NCBI GenBank assembly: GCA_963678065.2
Contig: CAXXVZ010000002.1
Coordinates: forward strand, 352,001-416,000
Direction: 5' to 3'
DNA length: 64,000 nucleotides
From: Treponemataceae bacterium
GTDB lineage: Bacteria; Spirochaetota; Spirochaetia; Treponematales; Rectinemataceae
Part shown: positions 44,300 through 53,108 of the stretch, one piece after another
Layout of the letters: each line of letters opens with the position of its first letter
Numbering within the stretch: the stretch's first letter is position 1
Translations under genes and position numbers: made by a program
Notes under the pieces: model-generated
What the model saw: only the letters and a program-made list of their open reading frames with translations
The model's database searches: none
Told to the model about the DNA's origin: nothing

Positions 44300-45916
44300 T
44301 CAGGGCTTCGGGAACTTGTTCACGAAGAAAAGGCGAGTGTAGCGGATATTGACCGGGGTCACTTTCAGGTGACTCATCTTCTCGAGGGCGAGAACATCCT
44401 CGATGCTCTTGGTGTAGGCGTAGTCGAGCTGCTTAGCGGCCGCGTTCTTGACGAGGTTGGGATCGGATTCGCCGGAGGGGTACATCTGGATCTCGTCGAT
44501 CTTCGCGACGCCATCGTGGTAGGCCTTGAAGGGCACGAAGGTGGCGTAGTTGTTCATGGAGATGGTCTTGACCATGAAGGGACCGGAGCCGATGGGGTTC
44601 TGCCAGAAGGCGGCCTGCTGGAACTGCAGCGGGTCGACATTGGCGAAATACTTCTTCGGCAGGGGCGGGAACTGGGAGAAGCAGAGAAGAGCGTTGGGAT
44701 TCACGGTGGCGTAGGTGAACGTGATCGTGTTGCCGCTCACCGCGATACCCTTGATTCCGGCAGCCTTGCCGTCCTTGAAGTCCTGGTATCCGTCGAGCGC
44801 CCTCAGCATGGTGTTGAATACTGCGTTGACCGTTGGCACTTTTGCCGCGAACTCGTAGGTCCACTTCACGTCTTCGGCGGTGATGGGGGCGCCGTCGTGC
44901 CACTTGATCCCGTTTTTGAGCTTGAAGGAGATGACCTTGCCGTCGGGGCTGACGGAGTACTCGGAGGCGAGCTGTCCTTCGAATGTGGCGAGGCCCGCAT
45001 CGGCCACGACGAGGTGGTCGAAGAGGACTTTCTGGCTCATGAAGAGTCCGGGATTCAGGAAGGGAGTCTCGACGAAGGCGACAGGGCCGCCGTTGGTCTT
45101 CAGAACTTTCTTGCCCGACGCGTCCGCGGGAACGTCCCACTTCACGATATTCCAGTCGTAGTTGAACTGCTCGTTGCCAAAAAGCGCGCCGGCCCTGTCG
45201 AGCCTCGTGCTGGAAGCGACGAAAACCTGCTGGTAGTAGAGGGGAATTGCCGGCATATTCTCGTTTTCATACTGCTGGAGCTTGAAGAAGGCCTTCTTCT
45301 GCGCGACCGGATCGACGACATTGGTGGCGTTGATGAGGGCCTGAAGGGTCACATCCTTCGGCGTGTGGGAGTTGCTCGCTCCGCCGGGAAGGAACCTGTC
45401 GTAGTACTCGTGCATGGCGAGGGCCGCTACGGCCGCGTAGGCCATGTCCCACTTCACCGCCGAGGGGCCGTTGACCGGATCGGCGGGCGGCACCCAGAGC
45501 TGCGAGGCGAGGTCGCCTTCCAGCTTGCGGAAGGTCATCTTCATGCCCACGTCGGCGAGGTAAGCCTGCACAGCGGTCATGAGATCGACCGTCATCTGGT
45601 CGCCGTAGTAGTAGACCACGTCGAGCACGTAGGACGGATTCCAGCCAGCCTCTTTCAGGAGCTGTCTGGCTTTCTCGGGATTGTAGGCGTAGTCGTTCAG
45701 TCCGGGAGTCTTCCACGCGCCGTTGGGCGTGAGGCTGTTGGCGATGATCGCCTTCCCGCTCATCAGACTCTCCACGACCGTCTTCATGTCGATCGCGTAC
45801 TTTATGGCCTGGCGCACTCTGGGGTCGGCCAGAGGGCTCACCTTGCCGGCCGGAGCCGCGAAGGCGGTCGAAAGGGTGACCGCGACGAGCAGAAGCAGGA
45901 TTAGCGCTTTCTTCAT
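44300..45916 (-). CDS. Family-5 (OppA/DppA-like) solute-binding protein, circularly permuted
   Basis: Signal peptide ending AFA; the mature chain starts with DPRVRQAIKYAID; the KWHDGxPITAEDV and GSGPF motifs lie in the C-terminal half. Confidence 0.9.
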   Translation of the reverse strand: MKKALILLLLVAVTLSTAFAAPAGKVSPLADPRVRQAIKYAIDMKTVVESLMSGKAIIANSLTPNGAWKTPGLNDYAYNPEKARQLLKEAGWNPSYVLDVVYYYGDQMTVDLMTAVQAYLADVGMKMTFRKLEGDLASQLWVPPADPVNGPSAVKWDMAYAAVAALAMHEYYDRFLPGGASNSHTPKDVTLQALINATNVVDPVAQKKAFFKLQQYENENMPAIPLYYQQVFVASSTRLDRAGALFGNEQFNYDWNIVKWDVPADASGKKVLKTNGGPVAFVETPFLNPGLFMSQKVLFDHLVVADAGLATFEGQLASEYSVSPDGKVISFKLKNGIKWHDGAPITAEDVKWTYEFAAKVPTVNAVFNTMLRALDGYQDFKDGKAAGIKGIAVSGNTITFTYATVNPNALLCFSQFPPLPKKYFANVDPLQFQQAAFWQNPIGSGPFMVKTISMNNYATFVPFKAYHDGVAKIDEIQMYPSGESDPNLVKNAAAKQLDYAYTKSIEDVLALEKMSHLKVTPVNIRYTRLFFVNKFPKP

Positions 45917-45929
45917 AGATGATCCTCCA

Positions 45930-45981
45930 TGATATATCAGCAGATATATCACATGATATTTCATGTTTTCGGATCTGTCAA
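45930..45981 (-). promoter_or_regulatory. Promoter of the nan-like operon with three tandem palindromic boxes
   Basis: TTGACA (45981-76), 17 bp, TATCAT (45958-53); TGATATATCA, AGATATATCA and TGATATTTCA at 45930, 45942 and 45954. Confidence 0.8.
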
Positions 45982-47042
45982 AGCAAATTTTTACCAAAAG
46001 CGCGAGAAGAAGAATCCTCGACGAAGGCCGGGACGCGGGATCGCGCGAAATCCCGCATCGCGATGATGTTCCGGCGCGGCGAGTCCCGTGGAATCTCGCA
46101 GCCGGCGCCGACGATCCAGGCGCGACGGCCTGCGTCCTCGAAACAGGCTTCGAGAGCTCGCCCGACATCCTCCGCCGAGCCGGAGCGAACGACCGACACT
46201 GTGTCGATATTGCCGAGAAGGACCGCGTCAGGCCCAAGGTGCGCGCGGGCGTTCGCCACGGGAGAGGCGGTATCGAGGTCGACGATGTCGTAGCCGAAGC
46301 CGGCGATGACCGGCACGAGTTCCGCGGTGCGTCCGCAGATGTGGAGCCGCGCGAGGGCTCCCGCTTCATGGATCGCCTCGACATAGCGACGGTGGTACGA
46401 CGCCACGAATTCTTCGAAAAGCGCGGGGCCGATGAGGGAGGAAGCCGCGTCGCCGACGCCGACAAGATCCGCGCCGGCGCGGACCTGGGAAAGCGCGAAG
46501 GCAATCTCCTGCTCCGTCACGAAATCCAGAAGTCCGGACACGAATTCCGGATCGTCGAAGAAATCCATCATGAGCCGCGACAGACCCCGGAGATCCGCGG
46601 CCTCGGCGCAGGGCCCCTCGACCCATCCTTCGACCATGAGGGAGCCCGCACTTTGAGCCGCGAGGGCAGAGACCACCGACAGGCGGTTGGACATTCTCCT
46701 TCCGTCCTCGGGCTTGAGCACCGACAGGCCCGCGAGCGCCGCCTTGTCTGAAAGGAGGGAGCCCGCCTCGTCGTTCGCTGGCGGTTCGTCGTCGTAAAAC
46801 ACGACGGCGCCCCCGAGATCGGAGGATTCCACCGCCGGATCGGATATCGCAGACACATGGTCGAAACCAAAGGTTCCTGCCGCGGCCATCTGCCCGCGGA
46901 CATGGACGCGCCAGTCTGTCGCGTACGATGCGTAGCGCTCTCCGACGAGATCCGCGGCGAGCATCATGGTTATAGGCATAAGCGGAAGGCAGTCGGCAGC
47001 CCCCGTGAGCACAGTCCGCGCGATACGTTCTTTTCCGTTCAT
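45978..47042 (-). CDS. Uroporphyrinogen decarboxylase-family protein (MtaA/CmuA-like methyltransferase)
   Basis: VEGP, LHICG, GNID and AGCEIP motifs (HxC plus distal Cys Zn ligands). Confidence 0.85.
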   Translation of the reverse strand: MNGKERIARTVLTGAADCLPLMPITMMLAADLVGERYASYATDWRVHVRGQMAAAGTFGFDHVSAISDPAVESSDLGGAVVFYDDEPPANDEAGSLLSDKAALAGLSVLKPEDGRRMSNRLSVVSALAAQSAGSLMVEGWVEGPCAEAADLRGLSRLMMDFFDDPEFVSGLLDFVTEQEIAFALSQVRAGADLVGVGDAASSLIGPALFEEFVASYHRRYVEAIHEAGALARLHICGRTAELVPVIAGFGYDIVDLDTASPVANARAHLGPDAVLLGNIDTVSVVRSGSAEDVGRALEACFEDAGRRAWIVGAGCEIPRDSPRRNIIAMRDFARSRVPAFVEDSSSRAFGKNLL

Positions 47043-47277
47043 CGAATCGCCCTCCCGGCGACCGGCTGGTCTTGCCCTTCTGGGCTTGCCGGCAGGTTAC
47101 ATCCCATATCCATCAGACTCATCCCCGTGTCAAGGCTGCGCGTCCGGAGCGCCCTGTACAGGATTTTGTGCCAGAAGGGGAAAGAATTGGATAGGATGAT
47201 CGGTTTTTCCACTTCGTACCTTCAATCACCGCAGCCTTTCCCTTGCGTATATGGCTTATACTGGAGGTATGAAGAGA

Positions 47278-47904
47278 ATGGCCGAACCTGCAATAGCCCC
47301 TTCAGGAAGGTTCACGTATCGCGACTACAGAAACTGGCCGGACGAGGAGCGCTGGGAGCTCATCGGAGGCATCGCGTTTGGCATGAGCCCTGCGCCGAGG
47401 CTGAATCACCAGAACGCGGTTCTGGAACTGGGCAGCCGAATCCAAGAATTCCTGCGCGGCAAACCATGCACGGCATTCATTTCGCCGGTTGATGTCCTCC
47501 TGATGGAACCCGGACAGGAGGACGACGAAGCGGAGAATGTCGTCCAGCCTGACATCGTCGTGGTCTGCGACCCCGGGAAGCTCGCAAACGGACGCTATAT
47601 CCGCGGATCTCCCGATCTTGTCGTCGAGATACTCTCACCCTCGACCATGAAGAAGGATGTGAGGGAAAAATTCACTCTCTACGAGCGTATGGGAGTCAAG
47701 GAGTACTGGATCGTCGAGCCTTCGGCCTGTTGGCTTCACCGCTATGTCCTCGGCCCGGTCGCACGCAGCGGAGACCAGGACGACGGGAAGGTCTTGTGCT
47801 ATGGCGAGGCGCTTGTCCGGGACAAAGGCGACGGCCTGGGTCCGGTCGCGTCGCTTGTGTTAGACGGCTTTTCCTTCGTGCCGGACGAGGTCTTCGGCGG
47901 TTAG
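47278..47904 (+). CDS. Uma2-family (PD-(D/E)XK) endonuclease-like protein
   Basis: RWELIGG, VQPDI, PDLVVEILSPST, GVKEYWIV motifs. Confidence 0.9.
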   Translation: MAEPAIAPSGRFTYRDYRNWPDEERWELIGGIAFGMSPAPRLNHQNAVLELGSRIQEFLRGKPCTAFISPVDVLLMEPGQEDDEAENVVQPDIVVVCDPGKLANGRYIRGSPDLVVEILSPSTMKKDVREKFTLYERMGVKEYWIVEPSACWLHRYVLGPVARSGDQDDGKVLCYGEALVRDKGDGLGPVASLVLDGFSFVPDEVFGG

Positions 47905-49295
47905 CGCCGGCTTTCCCCTTCTTGCCTGATGTACTCCTTCCGCGAGAGGAGGCGCTCGAGGTAGCGGGACTTCATCTGGCGGCTCGCCATGATCTGCTTC
48001 GCGGGGGGAAGCTCGAGGATGACCCCGAGGATCGCCGCCATCGCGCGGTGGCTCGCGAGGGCTTGGTTGTCGAAGATGAGGTTCTGCAGCTTGCCCCGTT
48101 CGATGGCCATGAGGACTGCGCGGTGCGCGGAGTTGACCGGCGTAAGGACTCTCGCCGCGCGGGCCTTCAGGGAGAGGGCGCCCGCGGGGCATGCGCGGAC
48201 ACAGACGCCGCATCCGAGGCAGATCGACTCGTCGAGGCGGGCCTTCTTGCGGTGAGGCGCCTTCGGATCGGAGGCCGAGACGAGAGCCATGGCCTCGACG
48301 GGGCATGCCTCGGCACATTTGCCGCAGCCCGTGCAGACGCTCCGGTCGACGACTGGCAGGAAATTGGTTGTCGCGATGGGGTTGAGGACCGCGAAGCGCT
48401 TGGCCGCGAGGAGGGCCTCGCAACAGCACCCGCAGCAGTTGCAGATGAAGGACACCGATTCGCGGACGTTCTCGCCGAACTGGACGAGGCCGCGCCCGAC
48501 AGCCTCGTCGAGGAGGTCGAGTCCTTCCGCGACGTCGATGCCGCGCGCTACGCCGTGCCTGACGAGGGAATCGGCGACGCCGTTGAAGGTGAGGCATATC
48601 TCCATCGGCGCATCGCAGGCCATGCCGAGATGTTCCATCTTGTGCCGACAGTAGCATGTGCCGACGCCGCGGTGTGAGGCGGTCCTGATGACCTCGCTCG
48701 CGCGCTCGTAGTCGAGGACGTGGAGGGTGTCGGGGCTCATGGTGTGCGCGCCTTGAGCATTGCCGGCAGGGAGCGCCGCGTCGGAACTGGCAGCCTGACT
48801 TACGGCGCGGCCGGCGGCGCGCTCCGAAAGAGCCTTCTCGTTCACGAAAACCCGCCCGAGTTGAGTCTCTCCGCCCGCGAAGAGGCCCCGGACGAAGTCT
48901 TCCTCGACGTTGAGGTACTGGTAGTAGAGCTCGGCGAGGAGCTTCTGGTCGTAGCGATTACCGACGCGCATCATCGAAAACTCGAAGAACCCAGCCATCG
49001 GCGGCGGCATCGCGAAAATCCTGCCCCCCTCGCGCTCCATGTCGAGGATCATCCCGCGCGAGGCGAGATCCTCGAGTAAGGCGATGGCCTGGGGCTCGGG
49101 CATTTTCCACAGGCGCGCCGCCGTTGTGGCATCGAAGGGCCGGATCGGAAGGAGTGCCACCAGGGCGGCCTCCTTCTCGCTGAAGAGGACGGAGAGTATC
49201 CGGAAGAGAAGCTCGCCCGGAGGCGCGCCCTGAGGGAACAGGTTTATCCGGCCGGCAAGGGAACCGTAGCCGTTCTTGAGCGTTTGGTGGGCCAT
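47901..49295 (-). CDS. 4Fe-4S dicluster-domain protein
   Basis: CYCR, ICNCCGCCC and two CxxCxxCxxxCP motifs. Confidence 0.88.
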   Translation of the reverse strand: MAHQTLKNGYGSLAGRINLFPQGAPPGELLFRILSVLFSEKEAALVALLPIRPFDATTAARLWKMPEPQAIALLEDLASRGMILDMEREGGRIFAMPPPMAGFFEFSMMRVGNRYDQKLLAELYYQYLNVEEDFVRGLFAGGETQLGRVFVNEKALSERAAGRAVSQAASSDAALPAGNAQGAHTMSPDTLHVLDYERASEVIRTASHRGVGTCYCRHKMEHLGMACDAPMEICLTFNGVADSLVRHGVARGIDVAEGLDLLDEAVGRGLVQFGENVRESVSFICNCCGCCCEALLAAKRFAVLNPIATTNFLPVVDRSVCTGCGKCAEACPVEAMALVSASDPKAPHRKKARLDESICLGCGVCVRACPAGALSLKARAARVLTPVNSAHRAVLMAIERGKLQNLIFDNQALASHRAMAAILGVILELPPAKQIMASRQMKSRYLERLLSRKEYIRQEGESRR

Positions 49296-49458
49296 GACGG
49301 GGTCGCCTCCTCCAGCACAGATACTCGCCGTGATCGACTATACCACCGATAAAAGCGGCGTCCAACAGCCGGCGCGGCATCCCGCCGGCATCCCCGCAGA
49401 CTCATCCGGCGATGCCGGGGACTTGCGGGGAATGGCGGGAGAAGGATAGGGTTTTCGT

Positions 49459-50022
49459 ATGGACAAGCCCGGCGCCTGGATGGAAACGGAATCGAAACCG
49501 ATAGCGGATTGCCGCATCTTCAAGGTTTCGGAGAGCGACAGAGAGACGCGCGATGGAGAAAAACGTGGTGCCTTCTACCTCGTACACGCGCCGGACTGGG
49601 CTGGGGTCATTCCCGTCGTCGACACGCCCGAAGGCCGGAAATTCGTCATGATCCGGCAGTTCAGGCACGGCACCGGCCGCGTATCGGTCGAGTTTCCCGG
49701 CGGAATCGTGGACCCGGGAGAGGACCCCGCTCGCGCGGTCGCACGGGAACTCCTCGAGGAAACCGGCTACCGCGCGGAGTTCATCGTCCCCCTGGGAGAC
49801 CTCTCGCCGAATCCCGCCTTCATGACGAACACCTTCCACGCCTTCATCGCCGAGAGCTGCGTCCTGGAACGCCCCCAGCGCCTCGACGAGCACGAGGAAA
49901 TCGAAGTTCTCCTCGTCCCGGAGCGCGACGCCATCGACATGATCGGCGGCGAGGAATACGGGCACGCCCTCATGACAGCGACCTTGTTCTTCTACATGCG
50001 CTACAGGGGCCTCTCCAACTGA
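49459..50022 (+). CDS. NUDIX hydrolase (ADP-ribose pyrophosphatase-like)
   Basis: QFR motif, Nudix box GIVDPGE..ARELLEETGY, SPNP. Confidence 0.92.
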   Translation: MDKPGAWMETESKPIADCRIFKVSESDRETRDGEKRGAFYLVHAPDWAGVIPVVDTPEGRKFVMIRQFRHGTGRVSVEFPGGIVDPGEDPARAVARELLEETGYRAEFIVPLGDLSPNPAFMTNTFHAFIAESCVLERPQRLDEHEEIEVLLVPERDAIDMIGGEEYGHALMTATLFFYMRYRGLSN

Positions 50023-50093
50023 AGCTGGAGCCGAACTGACCTCGACCTCGGGCCGGACCTGCGACATTCAGGACCGCGCGGCTCCGTCAGTCG

Positions 50094-51167
50094 TCATGCC
50101 CCCGATTTTACTATTCGCGATATGACCTCCACGAATGTCCCCATCTCGTCATCGGTGCCGATACTCACGCGCAGATAATTGTCTATCCTTGGCTTCCTGA
50201 AATATCGCACGAGCACCCGGTTCTCTTTCAGTTTCACGTAGAGTTCACCCGCGTGTATCGAAGAATGGCTGATGAATATGAAGTTCGCAGTCGATTCGAA
50301 CACCCTGAATCCGATTGCCCGCAACTCATGCGTTACCCGGTTCCGGGTCTGAATTATCTTTTCCCGCGTCGCCTGGAAATACTCTTCATCCCCGAATGCC
50401 TCGATCGCGCCGAAAAGAGCCAATCTGTCAAGCGTATACGAGTTTATCGAGCTCTTGACTCGGTTGAGGCCTTCGATCAGGTCTCTGTGACCTACAGCGA
50501 ACCCCACCCGCAATCCAGCCAGCGAGCGCGATTTCGAAAGTGTCTGGACCACCAGCAGATTGGGGTATGCGTCGATCAGACCGACTATGGATTGTCCCCC
50601 GAAGTCGATATACGCTTCGTCGACAATCACGACTTTTTCAATCGCGAGATTGTAATCCAGCAATCGCCGTATCTCGGAAATGGAAAGGTACCGCGATGTC
50701 GGAGCATTGGGATTGCATATGATGATCCCGCCATTCGGTGTAAAGAACTTTTCCACGGGAATGGAAAAATCCTCCTCCAGTTCGATTGTCCTGGATCGCA
50801 GTTTGAAAAAGTTCGTATAGACCGGATAAAAACTGTAAGTGACATCAGGGTACAAAACCGGCTGATCATGATCGAAAAAAGCGGCGAACGAGAATGCCAG
50901 GACTTCATCGGAACCATTTCCGACAAAGACTTCCTCCTTCGTCACGCCATAGTATCGGGCTATTGTATCGCGCAGTTTTTCGCAGGACGGATCGGGATAG
51001 AGGCGAAGGTTTTCATCGGCGGCGTTCTTGATCGCCTGAATGACCTTCGGTGAAGGCGGATAAGGATTTTCATTCGTGTTCAGCTTGATATACTTCTTGT
51101 CCTGTGGTTGTTCGCCTGGAACATAGGTCTCCAGATCGGCTATTCCATCACTCCAGTATTTGCTCAT
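50094..51167 (-). CDS. hisC: Histidinol-phosphate aminotransferase
   Basis: YVPGEQP, KLNTNENPY, GNGSDE, NPNAPT, DEAY, TLSKSRSLAGLRVG. Confidence 0.93.
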   Translation of the reverse strand: MSKYWSDGIADLETYVPGEQPQDKKYIKLNTNENPYPPSPKVIQAIKNAADENLRLYPDPSCEKLRDTIARYYGVTKEEVFVGNGSDEVLAFSFAAFFDHDQPVLYPDVTYSFYPVYTNFFKLRSRTIELEEDFSIPVEKFFTPNGGIIICNPNAPTSRYLSISEIRRLLDYNLAIEKVVIVDEAYIDFGGQSIVGLIDAYPNLLVVQTLSKSRSLAGLRVGFAVGHRDLIEGLNRVKSSINSYTLDRLALFGAIEAFGDEEYFQATREKIIQTRNRVTHELRAIGFRVFESTANFIFISHSSIHAGELYVKLKENRVLVRYFRKPRIDNYLRVSIGTDDEMGTFVEVISRIVKSGA

Positions 51168-51243
51168 TTCTGTTCCTCTGCGACCAGTATAGCGCGCCGG
51201 CCCAGTCTTCGTCCCGAGGAGGCCGAGCGCGTCGCCTTGCGAA

Positions 51244-52182
51244 TCAGGCGAGGCTTCTGTCCAGCCGCCTGAGGGCCTCGAAGAGAAGGGCGACGAGCCC
51301 TTCCCTGTCGACGCCCGTGAGAACCCGGACGTTGGGCGCCTTCGAAAAACCCTTCCGGCGGTCGGCCACCGTCATGCCCCGCGTGATGAGGCCGTCGACC
51401 TCCACATCGACGTGGAGATCTTCGTACGTGAAAAGTTCGGGCGCAAGGAGGTAGGCGACGGCGCAAGGATCGTGCAGGGCGCTCCCCACGATCCCGAAGC
51501 GCTTCGAGTAGCGTGAATAGAAATCGAGGAGCTCGGCGACGAAGATGGAGGCCCGGCCGCCACGCTCGCGCAGGGCTTCCACCTCGCTCTCGTAGATGAG
51601 AGCCTTCTCGGTCACGTCGAGGCCGCTCATGACGATGGGGCGGCCGGCGTTGAAGACGATCCGGGCCGCGTCGGGATCCACGTAGATGTTGAACTCCGCG
51701 GCCGGGGTGATGTTGCCCTTCGAAACGCCGCCGCCCATGAGGGAGATACGCTCGATCTTCCCCGCGATCTCCGGGGAGCTCTCGATGAAGTCGGCGATAT
51801 TGGTGAGCGGGCCTATCGCCACGATGGTTACGGGGACTTGCGAGTTGCCTATCGATTGTCTGAGGAATTCTCTGGCGCCCACGCCCTCCTTTTCGAATGT
51901 CGGCGGAGGGAGCACCGGACCATCGAGGCCGCTCGCGCCGTGAGCGAAGCCTCCCGTGACGAGCTCGCGCCGGAGCGGCGCGCGGGCGCCTTCGGCCACA
52001 GGCAGGGAGCGCCTGACGTAGCTCAATATTTTCAGTGCGTTGAGTGTCACTTTGTCTATGGTCTGATTGCCCGCGACCGTCGTGAGCCCGAGAAGGGAGA
52101 GTTTCTCGGGATAGGCGAGAGCCATGAGGATGGCCATCGCGTCGTCGTGGCCCGGGTCGGTGTCGATGATTATGGGAGTCAT
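51244..52182 (-). CDS. Nucleoside hydrolase (IU-NH family)
   Basis: DTDPGHDD, GPLTN, AEFNIYVDP, LHDP. Confidence 0.94.
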   Translation of the reverse strand: MTPIIIDTDPGHDDAMAILMALAYPEKLSLLGLTTVAGNQTIDKVTLNALKILSYVRRSLPVAEGARAPLRRELVTGGFAHGASGLDGPVLPPPTFEKEGVGAREFLRQSIGNSQVPVTIVAIGPLTNIADFIESSPEIAGKIERISLMGGGVSKGNITPAAEFNIYVDPDAARIVFNAGRPIVMSGLDVTEKALIYESEVEALRERGGRASIFVAELLDFYSRYSKRFGIVGSALHDPCAVAYLLAPELFTYEDLHVDVEVDGLITRGMTVADRRKGFSKAPNVRVLTGVDREGLVALLFEALRRLDRSLA

Positions 52183-53108
52183 GCGCGAATGCCTTTTTTC
52201 TTCCGCTTGCGCGAATCCCCCGCCGCGTAAGCCACCAGTCCGATCACGGTGGCGAGGTAGGGCACGATTCTGACCAATTCGGAAGGGATGTTGAGGATGT
52301 TGAGGGAATTGGAGAGGGCGTCGGCCGCCCCGAAGAGAAGCGAGGCTCCCGTCGTACCGAGCACCGTTCCCCGCCCCATGGCTTCGGCCGCCAAAGCAAT
52401 CCAGCCCCGGCCGGCGGACATTCCCTGGGAGAACCAGGAGACGTAGCCCATGGAGAGGAAGGCTCCGCCAAGCCCGGCGAAGAGTCCGCTCAAGGCGAGA
52501 GCTATGTACCGGACACGGGTGACGTCGATGCCGACCGACTCGGCCGCGTTGGGGGCTTCTCCCGCGGCCTTGATCTTGAGACCGAGCGGAGTGCGCTTGA
52601 GCATGACGTAGACGCCCACCACACAGAGAACGCCGACATAGACGAGCACATTGTGGCCCGAGAAAATGCTGCCGAGGATGGGAATTTCCCGGAGCCCGGG
52701 CAGATCTACGTTCGGCAGCACCTTGCTCGGCAGGGAGGCCGAGGTGCCCTTGTCCCCGGTGAGGAGGAAGAGAGCGAATACCGAGCCACCGTCCGCGAAG
52801 AGATTGATGGCTATACCGCCCAGTATGACGTGGGTCTTCAGCCGCAGGGTGAAATAGGCGAGGACGAGGGCGACGACGATACCGACAAGGACGGCGGCGA
52901 GGAGGCCCACGAGCGCGCTCCCGCTCCAGGCGCTCCCGACGACGCCCGCGAGCGCCGAGAGCAGCATGATGCCCTCGAGTCCGATGTTCACCGCGCCTGC
53001 CCGGTCAGAAACGAGGGCGCCGAGGCCGGCGAAGAGTATCGGCGTCGTGACGCGGATCACCGAAAAGCAAAAATTCGTCGAAAAGATGATGGAAAGGAAA
53101 CCGTTCAC
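52179..53108 (-). CDS. Nucleoside ABC transporter permease
   Basis: NIGLEG, GEAPxAAESVGI, GRGWIALAA, PY motifs; GTG start. Confidence 0.9.
   Translation of the reverse strand: MNGFLSIIFSTNFCFSVIRVTTPILFAGLGALVSDRAGAVNIGLEGIMLLSALAGVVGSAWSGSALVGLLAAVLVGIVVALVLAYFTLRLKTHVILGGIAINLFADGGSVFALFLLTGDKGTSASLPSKVLPNVDLPGLREIPILGSIFSGHNVLVYVGVLCVVGVYVMLKRTPLGLKIKAAGEAPNAAESVGIDVTRVRYIALALSGLFAGLGGAFLSMGYVSWFSQGMSAGRGWIALAAEAMGRGTVLGTTGASLLFGAADALSNSLNILNIPSELVRIVPYLATVIGLVAYAAGDSRKRKKKGIRA

Noticed and set aside
47278..47904. Uma2 nuclease-like gene as part of a defence system
   Set aside because: Stand-alone member of a commonly expanded family with no methylase, toxin-antitoxin or other defence partner nearby
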